Shown one piece after another: positions 1-64,000 of a stretch of 64,000 nucleotides of DNA. Under the pieces are notes generated by a model. That model searched no databases. It saw nothing but the letters and a program-made list of their open reading frames with translations, and was not told the origin of the DNA. The first letter of the stretch is position 1. Each line of letters begins with the position of its first letter. Where the stretch lies: contig NC_083280.1 of assembly GCF_963506605.1 (NCBI RefSeq), positions 62,000,001 through 62,064,000 on the forward strand. Direction: 5' to 3'. A program made the position numbers and the translations under genes. Source of the stretch: Zootoca vivipara (taxonomy: Eukaryota).

Positions 1-937
1 GTGAAATTATCTAAAATGGTATGGTGTGGGCAGTGGAATTTAGGCGGAAATTGGGGGAGGCAGTGATGGACATTGGGAACCCCAAGTTTCAAGAAGTATT
101 TTAAAAACCTTGATAAAAGACCTTAAGGGAACAACTCCCTAACAGTCAATAAGGACTGAGCGTGCTCAGTGGTTGCGGAATGCTGATCAACCAGGGGTAG
201 ATAACAGAAAAGCTGGTGTGGTGGCTGTGGAACAAAATGTAGCATGTTGAAGAAGCATGGCTGATGGACTGGAACAGTGAATGGGAACACTGCAAAGGGC
301 CACATTTTGTTTCAGGTCACAGCCATTAACTGCTATGTTTGCCTTGCTAGTACTGCCATCAAGATGTAATAAAACTGTGCAGTGTTGAACAGTCAGTTGT
401 TAAGGCACATCATCCCAAGACCACTCCATGGAACAGAAATTCGCTCCATTATTCAGAAAGTGCGCCTCAAGGGATGACCCCCCTCAATACAGGGTTGTAA
501 GTACCCCATCTAATGTAAATCTCATGCTGTGGGAGATACTAGTGGCTCCTTTCTGACACCTTAAAATTCCCAGGCCACATGAGAGAGGCCCAATCTGTGC
601 CTCCCTCCTCCCTACATCAGTGGTGCTCCTATTCCAGAAAGACAAAAGCTGACAAGGGGATGACGTGCAATTTGGGTGCCTTCCACCTTGCCCAAGCTTC
701 TGATTTTACCTATACAGTACTATGTAAGAAGAAACCATGCTTACAGCAGCTTTTGTGTTAATAATGTAATTTACACAGGGACCACAAATTAAATCACCTT
801 CAAATGACAACTTTTGCAGAAAGCTGATCTAACACTTGTAATAACATAACCAAATATTTCAATCTGAGTACTGTAAATAGAATTTTGTTATGATCTGCAA
901 GGAAAGCAAACAGCCTTTTTCAGCTTCATAAAATCAC

Positions 938-63802
<62,865 letters not shown>

Positions 63803-64000
63803 CTGCAATTATTTTATAATGCAATGATTACTAACAGAAGAACATCTCAAAACCTATTAAACAATCAACATTTCCCCCTCTAACACAAGCAGGATTTGTG
63901 AATACAGTACAGTATTGGGTGTTTTTTAAAAAATATATACCTAAAATAAATCAAAAGTTGATTGACCTGTCTTCCTCTAAGACAATAGGCCTTGGCAAGC

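Noticed and set aside
1-937. Further 3' CFAP46 exon
   Set aside because: No phase-compatible exon resembling the expected next segment was found; it probably lies beyond the window.

Overview
Vertebrate genomic DNA. The repeat landscape (BovB, L2, CR1, Squam-type SINEs, many TA- and 8-bp-TSD MITEs) points to a squamate, probably a lacertid lizard; this is inference. The whole window lies inside one minus-strand gene, CFAP46 (TTC40, TPR-rich cilia/flagella central-apparatus protein). I reconstructed by hand 48 consecutive coding exons (63802 down to 938). All have AG/GT boundaries and consistent phases: 6899 nt, about 2299 codons, no stop seen. The start and stop codons lie outside the window. 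The introns hold a young BovB insertion with an intact RT frame, plus L2, CR1, Rex1, SINE, Tc1/mariner-pogo and hAT MITE copies. Most notable: (i) a tiny Penelope-type insertion carrying an intact minimal hammerhead-ribozyme motif inside a perfect 40-bp inverted repeat; (ii) a U12 (minor-spliceosome) intron ahead of a 36-nt exon; (iii) two mariner-type MITEs with CpG-rich cargo, one looking like a captured first exon (Kozak ATG plus perfect donor); (iv) Lys-rich coding tandem repeats in CFAP46. Family names come from recognising sequence from memory, not from database searches.
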